Translations under genes and position numbers: made by a program
Part shown: one piece after another, positions 30,376 to 39,829 of the stretch
Numbering within the stretch: the stretch's first letter is position 1
Layout: each line of letters opens with the position of its first letter
Origin: Streptococcus mitis
GTDB lineage: Bacteria; Bacillota; Bacilli; Lactobacillales; Streptococcaceae
Length of the DNA stretch: 64,000 nt
Direction: 5' to 3'
Assembly: GCA_001914195.1 (NCBI GenBank)
Contig: MKYF01000001.1
Span: 46,595-110,594, forward strand
The notes under the pieces: model-generated
Told to the model about the DNA's origin: nothing
Seen by the model: only the letters and a program-made list of their open reading frames with translations
Database searches by the model: none

Positions 30376-31953
30376 ATGAGCGATATAGTAAAAAGCAAAG
30401 AACTTCTTACAAGATATTCACTTGCAAGAATCCCTTTTATTGCTATCAATACCATTGAGCCAAGTAGAACATTAGATATGTTAAAGGCAATATCTGAAGA
30501 ATTACAACTTCCATTCAATGTACATACTCTCACCAAAGGTGTGTATGATCTTAGTTCTGGTAAGAATGTTAACGAAGATAAATCTGTTTATGGTGCAATA
30601 GATTACATGACGGACCAAATGCAAAAGAAACAATACCAAACTATCGTATTGACAGAGGTTCCGGATCTTAGTAATGAAAATAGCGATTCTAAACAAGTCT
30701 TAGCACTGGTCAATTTAGCCAATGAAACTGGAGGCGTTGTAATCGTTTTTACCAATACCTCTATTTGGAATCAACTTCAACGGCAAGGTATGACAGTAAA
30801 AATTGATTTACCTAACGAAGAGGAAATGTATTCGATAATTCAAGAATACATTGACGACTATCGAAATGATATCCAGATTGAATGGGACAACTCCGATATT
30901 CGAGAAGCTGCTGCAGCTCTCAATGGGGTAACTAGAATCGAGGCGGAGAACGTTATCGCTGCTTTGATTGCAAATAAGTGCATAAGAAAATCTGATTTAG
31001 ATGAGATAAGATTTGCAAAAGATCGCCTATTCTCTGATATCTCTGGTCTAGAAAAAATCGTTGTAGATGATTCTGTAAAGGATATCGGAGGGCTTGAAGG
31101 ATTAAGGAAGTGGCTTAATGAAAAGAAAGAACTGCTAACTCCCGAAAAGAAAGATATGTTACGTGAGAAAGGTTTGCAACCACCTAGAGGAATACTCCTA
31201 GTAGGTGTCCCTGGATGCGGAAAATCTTTATCTGCTAAATCAATTTCCGCTAACTGGAAACTTCCATTATATCGTTTAGATTTTGCAACGGTTCAAGGAA
31301 GTTATGTAGGTCAGTCTGAACAGCAACTCAAAGATGCTCTAACTACCGCTGAGAATGTATCTCCGTGTATTTTATGGATTGATGAAATAGAAAAAGGGCT
31401 ATCAGGAGCTACTGGTGGCGCTAATGATGGCGGTGTATCTACTCGTATGGTTGGTCAATTCTTATTCTGGATGCAAGAATGCAAAAAACAAGTTTTTGTA
31501 GTTGCAACAGCTAATGATGTGTCTATGCTTCCGTCAGAACTTCTCCGTAGAGGAAGATTTGATGAGTTATTCTTTGTTGATTTACCAACTGCAGATGAGC
31601 GCAAAGAAATACTTGCTTTGTATTTTAAAAAATACTTAAGTCTAGAATTTGAAGGAGATTTTGCTGATAATATCATTCAAATAAGTGATGGTTTCACCGG
31701 AGCGGACTTAGAATCGACAGTTAGAGATTTAGCTTACCGATCTATCGCTAATAGCAATTTTATTCTCAATGAAGAGAATATCATGACTGCTTTCAATAAC
31801 GTAGTCCCACTCTCTCAAACTAGCCCAGAAAAAATTGAGGCTATTAGAGATTGGGGGAAAGAAAGAGCTGTTCCTGCATCTGGAAAACCAATCGGTGGAG
31901 AGGGACTTGTTCATAAACAGAGTGGACCTAAAACAAGAAAAGTACTTGTTTAA
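30376..31953 (+). CDS. Two-domain classical-clade AAA+ ATPase (degenerate N-terminal AAA-like domain plus active C-terminal AAA domain)
   Basis: 525 aa. Walker A is GVPGCGKS, Walker B is ILWIDEIE, and the second region of homology is [19 protein letters not shown] (the arginine fingers RRGR). All are typical of FtsH/Cdc48/Vps4-type AAA. The N-terminal ~250 aa lack a P-loop. Confidence 0.8.
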   Translation: MSDIVKSKELLTRYSLARIPFIAINTIEPSRTLDMLKAISEELQLPFNVHTLTKGVYDLSSGKNVNEDKSVYGAIDYMTDQMQKKQYQTIVLTEVPDLSNENSDSKQVLALVNLANETGGVVIVFTNTSIWNQLQRQGMTVKIDLPNEEEMYSIIQEYIDDYRNDIQIEWDNSDIREAAAALNGVTRIEAENVIAALIANKCIRKSDLDEIRFAKDRLFSDISGLEKIVVDDSVKDIGGLEGLRKWLNEKKELLTPEKKDMLREKGLQPPRGILLVGVPGCGKSLSAKSISANWKLPLYRLDFATVQGSYVGQSEQQLKDALTTAENVSPCILWIDEIEKGLSGATGGANDGGVSTRMVGQFLFWMQECKKQVFVVATANDVSMLPSELLRRGRFDELFFVDLPTADERKEILALYFKKYLSLEFEGDFADNIIQISDGFTGADLESTVRDLAYRSIANSNFILNEENIMTAFNNVVPLSQTSPEKIEAIRDWGKERAVPASGKPIGGEGLVHKQSGPKTRKVLV

Positions 31954-31965
31954 TCAGTTCATTAT

Positions 31966-32005
31966 TTGGACACGGTAACTGTAATCTCAGTTTCGTGTCC
32001 ATTTT
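31966..32005 (+). terminator. Putative terminator after AAA+ gene
   Basis: The stem ggacacg ... cgtgtcc is followed by atttttat. The loop is rather long (19 nt). Confidence 0.4.
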
Positions 32006-32100
32006 TATAATTCACTAAAGGAAGATCTTTTTTGAGAGTATTATTAAAAGGAATCTTAAATTGCAAAATATAACTTATAACACAATTAGGAGAAAAATAG

Positions 32101-32583
32101 ATGCCTAAACCAATATTAAATTCATATCAATCCCAAAAACAAACACAAGCAAGCCATATCATGACTTCTAACTTAAAACAACCACAGATAGATAAGTTGA
32201 GTCTAGATAGGCTTCTAAGAAAATCACGGTCTAAAGAATATATGGATGCTATTCATCAGCTAGATGCAGGTGGACATGTTCATAATAAAAAAGAAGTAAA
32301 TGAAATTATTAATACAATTAAGTCGGAATTCCCAGATGTGGATATTAATGGAATTCTCCTAGGTTTTGTAGCAAAATGTTATTTAGGAGCACCTTACGAA
32401 GCGCACACCCTAGACTTGGTTGGAGAAATCATTGAGCATTATAAACGAGGAGAGCCATTACCTGGTGGACTCGATAAAGTCAAAAGCATTGCTTTACATG
32501 GAGGATATGATTTTATCGAAGTTTATACAGATTGTTGTCGAGCAATTAGCTCAAATGGTTCCGTATCAGTTATAAAAGATTAA
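32101..32583 (+). CDS. Hypothetical 160-aa protein (possible Cys/His hydrolase)
   Basis: It has its own RBS (aggag). It has a conserved-looking Cys (VAKCYLGAPYE) and His (IALHGGYDFIEVY) that could form a papain-like dyad. This is uncertain. Confidence 0.45.
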   Translation: MPKPILNSYQSQKQTQASHIMTSNLKQPQIDKLSLDRLLRKSRSKEYMDAIHQLDAGGHVHNKKEVNEIINTIKSEFPDVDINGILLGFVAKCYLGAPYEAHTLDLVGEIIEHYKRGEPLPGGLDKVKSIALHGGYDFIEVYTDCCRAISSNGSVSVIKD

Positions 32584-32792
32584 TTGTTCTTTACATTGAT
32601 ACAAGGGGAGATACAAGAGATAGTTCTTGCTTTTATATATGTAAGTGCTGAATACTAAGTATAATATAAGCTAGATGCCTCTGATACTTGTTGTTCAAAA
32701 GAGCTTTTTTATTTGGTTATTTATTTAATATAGTACAACAGTTTATTTTTTAGGAGGAAATACTTATGTCTCAAGTTTCAGATAATCAAATG

Positions 32793-33037
32793 ATGTTTAA
32801 GGTTTTAGGATCTGCTGTAAAAAATGCCAGACATTGGAAGACAATGTTCGTCAGGCTTGCCAATAGGAAGGTTTAGAGATCACGGTTGAACACGAAAGTG
32901 ATTTTGTAAAGATTTCTAGTCATGGTGTGATGTCTACACCTGCATTAGTTCTTAATGAAGATGTTGTATCTTCTGGGAAAGTATTGAAAGTTCAAGATGT
33001 GAAGAAAATCATTAGGGAAGTATCATATGTTGATTAA
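32793..33037 (+). pseudogene. Thioredoxin-fold 'redox-active disulfide protein 2'-like gene, inactivated by a 1-nt deletion and an in-frame TAG
   Basis: The N-terminal MMFKVLGS is in one frame. The rest (CKKCQTLEDNVRQACQ*EGLEITVEHESDFVKISSHGVMSTPALVLNEDVVSSGKVLKV...) is in the -1 frame, with a TAG replacing a residue. The CxxC and VMSTPALV motifs are diagnostic. Confidence 0.6.
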
Positions 33038-33119
33038 TTTAATGGTATTGAATAATAGGGGAGATTTTTATGAAAATTAACCACTCCCCCATTATAAAAT
33101 AACTAAAATAGGAGGATAT

Positions 33120-33527
33120 ATGAATCAAGTAACCATTTATCACAATCCAAATTGTGGAACGTCTAGGAATGTCCTAGCTATGATTCGAGCAGTAGGAATT
33201 GAACCACAAATTATCGAATATCTGAAAACACCACCGAAAGAAAAAGAATTATAACAGTTATTAGTGCAGAGGGGTATTAGTGCTAAAGAATTACAACGTA
33301 CCAATGTTCCAGAATTTGAAAAATATTATTTACAAGAAGCTAAATCGGAACACGATATTATAGACGCGATGATGATAGAACCAATTTTGATAAATCGTCT
33401 AATCGTCGTAACGGAAAAAGGAACGCTATTATGTAGACCATCAGAGAGAGTATTAGAAGTTTTACCTAAATCATTGGATAAAGATTTTGTAAAAGAAGAT
33501 GGTGAGATTGTTTGTAGTATCCGATAA
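33120..33527 (+). pseudogene. arsC: Arsenate reductase (glutaredoxin-coupled ArsC, Spx/ArsC family) with an in-frame TAA at codon 45
   Basis: MNQVTIYHNPNCGTSRNVLAMIR... (catalytic Cys in NPNCGTSRN) continues in the same frame after a TAA at 33252-33254 (...PPKEKEL*QLLVQRGISAKELQRTNV...LLCRPSERVLEVL). The full length matches R773-type ArsC. Confidence 0.7.
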
Positions 33528-33687
33528 ATAGAAAAAAGCTCTGCCATCGAAATGATAGCAGGGCTTAACTTCAATATCCAAATGATGTATTTATCTAAAA
33601 AAGTAGTGATTAGAATGATTTACCTTGCAATGTAGTGAAATTTAACAAAAAGAAAAAAACGCTTGAACTCGATTTTTATCATCGTTT

Positions 33688-34266
33688 TCAAATATCAAAA
33701 AAAGTTCTTAAAAATCTATTAACATTTGTATATGGATTTATATCAAAGTTATTTACAATGGAAGCCATATGATCACTATTTGATAGAGCTTGTGCGTATG
33801 ACCTAGAAATAACAGTTATTGTTTTTTCATCTGTTTTTATATATTTTTTAGATAAATGATGTTCTAACTTATCAATTAATTGTTTAGCATCTAAAGCTCT
33901 AGTCACTCTTTCATAATGTAACAATAGCCATAATTCAAAACATTTATTACAAAAAACGAGTTCAGAATTGTTTTCTTCACAAAGACTTTTTAAGGTAGTA
34001 AGTTTTTCAGATGAAGTATTATCTTTATCGATAACTAATACAATTTTGACAGGAGATGTTTCAAAGTTATGCCTTGTATAACACCTTTTTACATAATAAA
34101 ACAAATCCAATCCCTGCTTATTTACTTGCTTAGCAGAATAGCTTATTCCACCTTTAATACCAACAATAGATCTTAGAGCATCAAAATAAATTTTTTCTGT
34201 TTCCCCTTCTGTATAAAGTTTTATTTGAGGTGGATTTTTCCTCTCCTGACTTCTTCTTCTACCCAT
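33688..34266 (-). CDS. RloB-like (AbiLii) protein, TOPRIM-like
   Basis: 192 aa. The N-terminal motif KLYTEGETEKIYF matches the RloB signature (CEGxxTExxYF). It lies immediately downstream of an AAA_21-type ATPase. Confidence 0.7.
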   Translation of the reverse strand: MGRRRSQERKNPPQIKLYTEGETEKIYFDALRSIVGIKGGISYSAKQVNKQGLDLFYYVKRCYTRHNFETSPVKIVLVIDKDNTSSEKLTTLKSLCEENNSELVFCNKCFELWLLLHYERVTRALDAKQLIDKLEHHLSKKYIKTDEKTITVISRSYAQALSNSDHMASIVNNFDINPYTNVNRFLRTFFDI

Positions 34267-34270
34267 AGTA

Positions 34271-35467
34271 TTAATCCCCTTTAATAATTTCCTTTAATTT
34301 CCCAACAAGAATTTCAGGGACAGCACCAAATAAACCTTTATTGTATCTTTTTACATAAGAATAATCTTGTCTATTTACTTCGGATTTAAAATCGTAAACA
34401 GAATATAGTTCTGTTGCTCCATCAGCACTTCTGTCTGTGAAATAAATCTGTTCTTTTTTGAAGCCAGCATCCATTAGCTCTAATTCATGACTCGTTAAAA
34501 TTACTTGGTTCGAATTTTCATCTGAGTTAAATACATCAACAAGTGCTTTTGATAAACCTAGATGAAATGAATCGTCAAATTCATCTATAAAAATAGTACT
34601 ATTATTTAAAGTTAATAATATAGTTGATAACGCAATCATTTTTTTAGTACCATCAGACTCTTGACTAACTGATAAATCGAAAGTTTCTCCATCATGATCT
34701 CTATGTTTAATCTTTGTTTGAAACTCTGTGAAGCCAGCTGTAGATATAAATAGCTGTTTTATCTCATCTGGCATTGTAACATTAGATTGAAATTGAAGAA
34801 CTTCGAAATCTACAATATTGAAATCGGCAGCTTGTAAAAAATTAATTAATTTTTTCTTTCTTTTTTTATCTTTTTGTAACTTATAAAGATGATCGAAAAC
34901 AGGCGGAACCTCTCGAGAGATAAAAATTAAATTATTTCTAAACCAACGAAACACATTTAAGCAGTGATGATCATTAAATGCCTTTCCAGTGATTAAAAAT
35001 AAGCTATCCATTCGTGTTTTGTTCTTTAGCAATTCCAATTCTCTCGGTATAACCTCATAATTTCCTTTAATACGATGGAAATATGTCACAAACTCATTTC
35101 CCTCTTCTATTTCAAGATGCTCCTCAATTATTTCATCAGAGCAATAGGAAACTGAATATTTATATATAGTTTCTTCTATTAAGATTGTTATCTCGAAATT
35201 AATACTATCAGGATTATTAGCGTAAGTTGGAAATGGATTTTTTAGTTTATCATCTTTTAAAACTAAATTTTGAAACGTTCTGAGAGATTTCATTAAATTA
35301 CTTTTCCCTGAAGCATTTGGCCCAAAAATAATAGCACTCTTTAAAATTCTATGACCATTAAAAGATGCAAACTCATTATTTTTGCGAGTTTTCTTAACGG
35401 CTTCCATTGAGAAATATGCTTCATCTTTGTATGAGTAGCAATTATTAAATACAAACTCCAATAGCAT
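34271..35467 (-). CDS. AbiLi-like AAA_21-family ATPase (abortive-infection ATPase partner of RloB)
   Basis: The Walker A is AIIFGPNASGKSNLMKSL. The likely start is ATG at 35467 (MLLEFVF...), with an AAGGAGGT RBS 6 nt upstream. The ORF track extends to 35539 via GTG. The ATPase-then-RloB gene order matches AbiL. Confidence 0.7.
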   Translation of the reverse strand: MLLEFVFNNCYSYKDEAYFSMEAVKKTRKNNEFASFNGHRILKSAIIFGPNASGKSNLMKSLRTFQNLVLKDDKLKNPFPTYANNPDSINFEITILIEETIYKYSVSYCSDEIIEEHLEIEEGNEFVTYFHRIKGNYEVIPRELELLKNKTRMDSLFLITGKAFNDHHCLNVFRWFRNNLIFISREVPPVFDHLYKLQKDKKRKKKLINFLQAADFNIVDFEVLQFQSNVTMPDEIKQLFISTAGFTEFQTKIKHRDHDGETFDLSVSQESDGTKKMIALSTILLTLNNSTIFIDEFDDSFHLGLSKALVDVFNSDENSNQVILTSHELELMDAGFKKEQIYFTDRSADGATELYSVYDFKSEVNRQDYSYVKRYNKGLFGAVPEILVGKLKEIIKGD

Positions 35468-35650
35468 AACTGACCTCCTTGAAAACGAAAATTCGTATTC
35501 TATATTATAGATTATAACATTTTTTTTACATAAGTTCACGAAAATAGTTGTGTAAACGAAAACTATGTCTAAATACTAACATTTTAAAATTATTCTGAAA
35601 AATCATTTTCCCCAATTATCAAGTCAGGTGCCACAAAGTCATACCTCTGA

Positions 35651-36061
35651 TTAAGTGAGTATCTTTAAAGCTGTCTGAGCTAACTCAAACAGCTTTTTTG
35701 GCTTACGTCCCATTTTAGGTACTCTCCCTCTTGTTTTCTCAACAATAGTATACCCGTTTTTCTTGTATTGTGCTAGCCAGTTAAGAAGTATCGTACGACT
35801 TGGGAGACCGTATTCAAGAGAAACTCTATCTTGAGACCAGTTTTCATGTAGGACTTTATCAATCATTTCTTGTTTTAATTCAGGAGAATAGTAACGATTT
35901 TTTTCTTTTTTGACGAACTCTATTCCATAACGATCAATCAATTTAATCATGTACCTAATATTAGAATTATTTATCCCAAATTTATTTGAAAGCTTCTCTA
36001 AGCTATATCCTTGTTTTCTAAGTTCATAGATCTGAACTTTATCATCATAAGTTAATTTCAT
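35651..36061 (-). mobile_element. IS3-family transposase OrfA (HTH) remnant, with no orfB
   Basis: 136 aa. The HTH plus leucine-zipper N-terminal transposase part is typical of IS3/IS150 OrfA. There is no downstream orfB or frameshift window, so the element is truncated. Confidence 0.7.
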
Positions 36062-36219
36062 AATAAAAACACCCCATCGGCTAGATATTTTTGTCTAACT
36101 AATAGGGTGTAAGTCATGAAACGGAATGACCTATTACTTAACTTCTGTAAGGAGTAGACAGAGTTCTATATAACCCCTCAAAACCTTTATTTTAAAGGCT
36201 TTGTAATTTATTGAAGAAA

Positions 36220-36242
36220 AAATGTAGAGACAAATGTAGAGA
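36220..36242. repeat. Paired direct repeat aaatgtagaga-N1-aaatgtagaga just downstream of the integrase stop (candidate attL/arm site of the IME)
   Basis: The same paired 11-mer recurs at 46638-46660, about 10.4 kb away. Confidence 0.5.
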
Positions 36243-36245
36243 CGA

Positions 36246-37511
36246 TTAAGTAGATAGTTCAGCTATTTTATCTAAATAAATATCTACTGCCTCTAATTTC
36301 TTCTTCGGTGCTAACTCGGCGTATGTATCCATAGTTGTGTTGATAGATTTATGTCCCATACGAACTTGTAGTTCTTTCCAGTTTGCCCCAGCATTTAACA
36401 TCATTGAAGCATGAGTATGTCTGAAAATATGGAAACCATAATCAGGTAAACCAAGAGAAGTTAGTCGTTTTTTTAAAGTAGCACGTTCGTTTCTATCGCA
36501 CATATAATTTCCATAAATCGTTGGAAAGATTAACTTGGATTGAGGTAGACCTTGCTTTTTGAAATAGTTATTCATTTCTGTATAGAAATCCCTAAGGTCA
36601 GTGAGAGTAGAGTTTGGAACGGGAACCTGACGATTACCAGAATCGGTTTTTGCGGTTGGTTTACAAATCATACATCCTTTAGTACCAAGTTTCTTATTGG
36701 CGCTTTTCCACATCAATGTTTTATTTACAATAATTTCATTGTTTGTGAAATCCAAGTCATTTATTTCTAATGCTAGAAGTTCATTGATTCGCAATGCAGA
36801 AGCGAGTAAGGAATTGCAGATGGTAATAAATCGTCGATTAGCTCTGTTATTAGGCAGAGTTTTTAAGAATGATAACCATGTTTTTAATTCTTCATCATGC
36901 AAGACCATAGTTCTACGAGAAGCTAATTTAGGCTTTGGAGGGATTTTGATAGTTTTCACTGGGTTTTTAGTTAATCCAAAATGTGTGATGCCAAAATCGA
37001 AAATATCACTAAGTTTGTGAGTGACTGCTCCAAAGTCTTTTGCACTACCTTTTTCAGCACGCTTTTTCCCTGATTCAATCGATGTTCTAGCTTTTTGGGC
37101 GAGATTGTTAACCCATCTTTGAATGTCAGCAGATGTGATTTTTTCAGGAATGTAATCTCCGAATGCAGGGATGATGTAATTATATACGTATCCCTTCACT
37201 CTATTGATTGTATTATGAGAAGTAACCCAAACTTGATAATTATTGAACCATTCTTCTGCAAGTTCAGAAAAAGTGGATAATCGTTTATCTTCTTTCCTCG
37301 TTCCACCTGCTTTTTCAAAATTAACTCTAGCCGTTAGGATTTTACGGTCAAGTTGCCGTAGTGTTTTAGCTGTTATAGACGTTGTTACTTGTTTGCCTGT
37401 TTTTTCATCGATACCTAAGTAAAGGCCTCGTAAAATATAACTAACCTCTCCGTTTGAATTTGTTTTTTTGATAACCTTTTTGTTATTGTAAGTTATAGTT
37501 TCAGATGTCAT
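36246..37511 (-). CDS. int: Tyrosine-type site-specific integrase (phage integrase family)
   Basis: 421 aa. The C-terminal catalytic region ...HIFRHTHASMMLNAGANWKELQVRMGHKSINTTMDTYAEL... has the R..HxxR..Y signature. Confidence 0.9.
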   Translation of the reverse strand: MTSETITYNNKKVIKKTNSNGEVSYILRGLYLGIDEKTGKQVTTSITAKTLRQLDRKILTARVNFEKAGGTRKEDKRLSTFSELAEEWFNNYQVWVTSHNTINRVKGYVYNYIIPAFGDYIPEKITSADIQRWVNNLAQKARTSIESGKKRAEKGSAKDFGAVTHKLSDIFDFGITHFGLTKNPVKTIKIPPKPKLASRRTMVLHDEELKTWLSFLKTLPNNRANRRFITICNSLLASALRINELLALEINDLDFTNNEIIVNKTLMWKSANKKLGTKGCMICKPTAKTDSGNRQVPVPNSTLTDLRDFYTEMNNYFKKQGLPQSKLIFPTIYGNYMCDRNERATLKKRLTSLGLPDYGFHIFRHTHASMMLNAGANWKELQVRMGHKSINTTMDTYAELAPKKKLEAVDIYLDKIAELST

Positions 37512-37603
37512 AATGCCCTTTCATTATACGGATATAAAATAAAAAGGCTAAAATAGAACATTTTCTATACATAACAGACAGTTCTATTTTAGCATAATTC
37601 ATG

Positions 37604-37852
37604 TTATTTCTCTAAGAATTGGAGAACATTTTCAAGTTTATAGTAAACAGTTCTGGTTCCTTCTATAGGTGGTTCCAGTCGTTTTAGTCCTTTTTCTTCC
37701 CAAGATTTTAATGTATTCGGAGAAATTTGAAGGAGATTCAACAGATCTTTTTGGGTATATAGACCACAATAATTGAAGATGTGGGTTTCCTGTTGTAGGA
37801 TTTGTAAGAGATTTAGTAGTAGGTTTTTAATTTCAAATAGTTCTGAGTTCAT
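37604..37852 (-). CDS. xis: Excisionase/MerR-like HTH DNA-binding protein (Xis)
   Basis: 82 aa, immediately upstream of int. It has an HTH-like segment (DLLNLLQISPNTLKSWEEKGL), and the size and position are typical of Xis. Confidence 0.55.
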   Translation of the reverse strand: MNSELFEIKNLLLNLLQILQQETHIFNYCGLYTQKDLLNLLQISPNTLKSWEEKGLKRLEPPIEGTRTVYYKLENVLQFLEK

Positions 37853-37857
37853 TATTG

Positions 37858-39054
37858 TTATTCCTTTCTTTGAATAGTTGTTTCAAACTGTGTGAAGAAG
37901 CTATTAGCACGATGTATTGGTTGAGGTTCAAAGGGGTTCGTGAAAAAGTTGCTGACATCTTTTTCGTATTCCCGACTCTCATTGTTATAGTGTGTATAAA
38001 AGATATTATCCTTTTCAACCAGTATGGCTGTTTGTATTCGTCGTTCTAGCTGGTCGAAACTGTCAATTCGTTTACTGGTTTGAAAATTATCATACAACTC
38101 CTTTGGTGAGTAGGGGCTAGTTATGAATATTAGTTCAGCGGTTAATGCCTTATCTATATATCTAGAAGGTAAGAAAACATCGAAATTATAAGGGTCTAGA
38201 ATTTTCAAAAGGTCATCATATCGAAAGCTATCTGGTCGCAGTTCGTCAATAATGATAGTTTCCTGGTTTTGATAACTCTGAAAAGGGTCGCGACTTGAGC
38301 CTGTTACAAAATAAGAAGTATTTTTATTTTCTGCATAAGTCTTAGCCAGTCTTGTCTTACCAAGTCCAGACTCACCATAGATATAGACTACTTGCTTTGT
38401 CTTTTGTTCATACTTCATACGATTCAGGAATTCTCTCCCTAATCTTTCTTGCCTTTTTTCAGCAACAGCTTTAAGTCGCGTACTTGCTTTCGCATATTGA
38501 CTTCCCGTTAGCTCAGATTCAATCTCTTCTAGAGTTAATAAACCGTCATAAAGCATATCTAGATATTCTCGTATTAGTTCCCCTTCTTTTTTACTTTGGT
38601 TTCGCTCTACTTGTTTTCGAATATTTTCTAATTTTTTAGCAAAATCAAAGTTACTTATTACTTCCGAAATAGGGTACTGATATTTATTTTGAGCATCTTT
38701 AGTTTGGTGAACAAGATAACTAAAACCATTATTAGGATGCTTGAAGAATTCTAATCGTTCGATTTGAGCATCTTCACGTTTACCATTTCGTTCATTAATT
38801 TCCCAAGCTATGCTATGTGGGCTACGAGCATGTTTGAAATACATCATGAGATGAATATGGGGTTCTACAGTTTCTCCATCTTCATTAACATCTTTATCAT
38901 GTAAAATTCCTGCCCAGAGTAATGGCTCTAATAACTTAACGATTCTATCAATTTCTTTTTTCCAATCAGATAAAATAGCTAGTCGCATTTGTTGTGTATA
39001 CATGATTGCACGCTGTTTAGGGATTTTTTTATTTGTTTTTTTCTCTGAAGACAT
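37858..39054 (-). CDS. rep: Rep_2-family HUH rolling-circle initiator/relaxase fused to a C-terminal P-loop NTPase
   Basis: HDKD...PHIHLMMYF matches the pMV158 RepB-type metal-binding/HUH motifs. The C-terminal Walker A is YGESGLGKT. The likely start is ATG at 39054 (MSSEKK...), with an AAAGGAAA RBS. The ORF track extends to 39087 via GTG. Confidence 0.65.
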   Translation of the reverse strand: MSSEKKTNKKIPKQRAIMYTQQMRLAILSDWKKEIDRIVKLLEPLLWAGILHDKDVNEDGETVEPHIHLMMYFKHARSPHSIAWEINERNGKREDAQIERLEFFKHPNNGFSYLVHQTKDAQNKYQYPISEVISNFDFAKKLENIRKQVERNQSKKEGELIREYLDMLYDGLLTLEEIESELTGSQYAKASTRLKAVAEKRQERLGREFLNRMKYEQKTKQVVYIYGESGLGKTRLAKTYAENKNTSYFVTGSSRDPFQSYQNQETIIIDELRPDSFRYDDLLKILDPYNFDVFLPSRYIDKALTAELIFITSPYSPKELYDNFQTSKRIDSFDQLERRIQTAILVEKDNIFYTHYNNESREYEKDVSNFFTNPFEPQPIHRANSFFTQFETTIQRKE

Positions 39055-39080
39055 TTCAAGAATTTCCTTTCGTTTTGTTT

Positions 39081-39190
39081 TTGGCACATTGGCACAGTTT
39101 GAATGCGAGACAATGCCAAGACCAGTCTCGCAGTATTGTTAGTATTAAGGATATTTAGAGTAAGTAGTATCATTGGCACAGTTTTGTAAT
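39081..39190. promoter_or_regulatory. Origin-like region upstream of rep: three ttggcaca(g) iterons plus a perfect 8-bp-stem hairpin
   Basis: The iterons are at 39081-88, 39089-96 and 39173-80. The hairpin tgcgagac-N13-gtctcgca is at 39104-39132. This resembles the dso (bind and nic loci) of Rep_2 plasmids. Confidence 0.35.
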
Positions 39191-39196
39191 ATAAAA

Positions 39197-39247
39197 AAAT
39201 GGTGGAAGGACTTTTTGTCTTTGACAAAGTCCTTCCACCGATTTTAT
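39197..39247. terminator. Strong bidirectional terminator (11-bp perfect stem flanked by A-run and T-run)
   Basis: aaaaaaatggtggaaggactttttgtctttgacaaagtccttccaccgatttt. Confidence 0.6.
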
Positions 39248-39265
39248 AGTCTATTTGTTCATATT

Positions 39266-39829
39266 TTATTTCAATCTACTATGATTGTAAGAGCCTGTTG
39301 CTTGATACCAACGACCATCACTAGGCGCTATATTGGTAAAGAACAAGTCGGGTTCCATAGTGTGTAATTTTGTTTTAATAGCAGGGAATATTTCTTGTAC
39401 TTTCAAGAAACTTTCATGATTGTTTGGAACTTTCCACCGTAATATAGCCCCATCTTTTGTATAAATCATCGATAAGGTTAACAAAGAACGATTGGCCTTG
39501 TTGACGATTGATTTTTGAGTAGAAATCTGTTTATTTTGAGTATCGAGAATAGAATCGGACTCAAAATGGGCAAATTTTCTCAGTTCGTAGGTTGCTCGTA
39601 ATCCTTTGAGCATGTATTTTATATCACTTTTAAACCAGTGATAAAGGAAAAGAGAGAAAAGTAGGATTGAAAAAATTATCAAAGGATAGAAAAGAAAAAT
39701 AACATTTTGATAATTAATTTCAATGTTCAGATTCTGTTGAATCAAGATAAGTATAAATATAGGAAAACAGCTTACTACAGTTCCTATACATAAGATTTTG
39801 AATAGATTATACTTGTTTATCATAAGCAC
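39266..39829 (-). CDS. Hypothetical membrane protein (two N-terminal TM helices)
   Basis: 187 aa, AT-rich. Its start overlaps the ftsK-like stop. No known domain was recognised. Confidence 0.45.
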   Translation of the reverse strand: MLMINKYNLFKILCIGTVVSCFPIFILILIQQNLNIEINYQNVIFLFYPLIIFSILLFSLFLYHWFKSDIKYMLKGLRATYELRKFAHFESDSILDTQNKQISTQKSIVNKANRSLLTLSMIYTKDGAILRWKVPNNHESFLKVQEIFPAIKTKLHTMEPDLFFTNIAPSDGRWYQATGSYNHSRLK

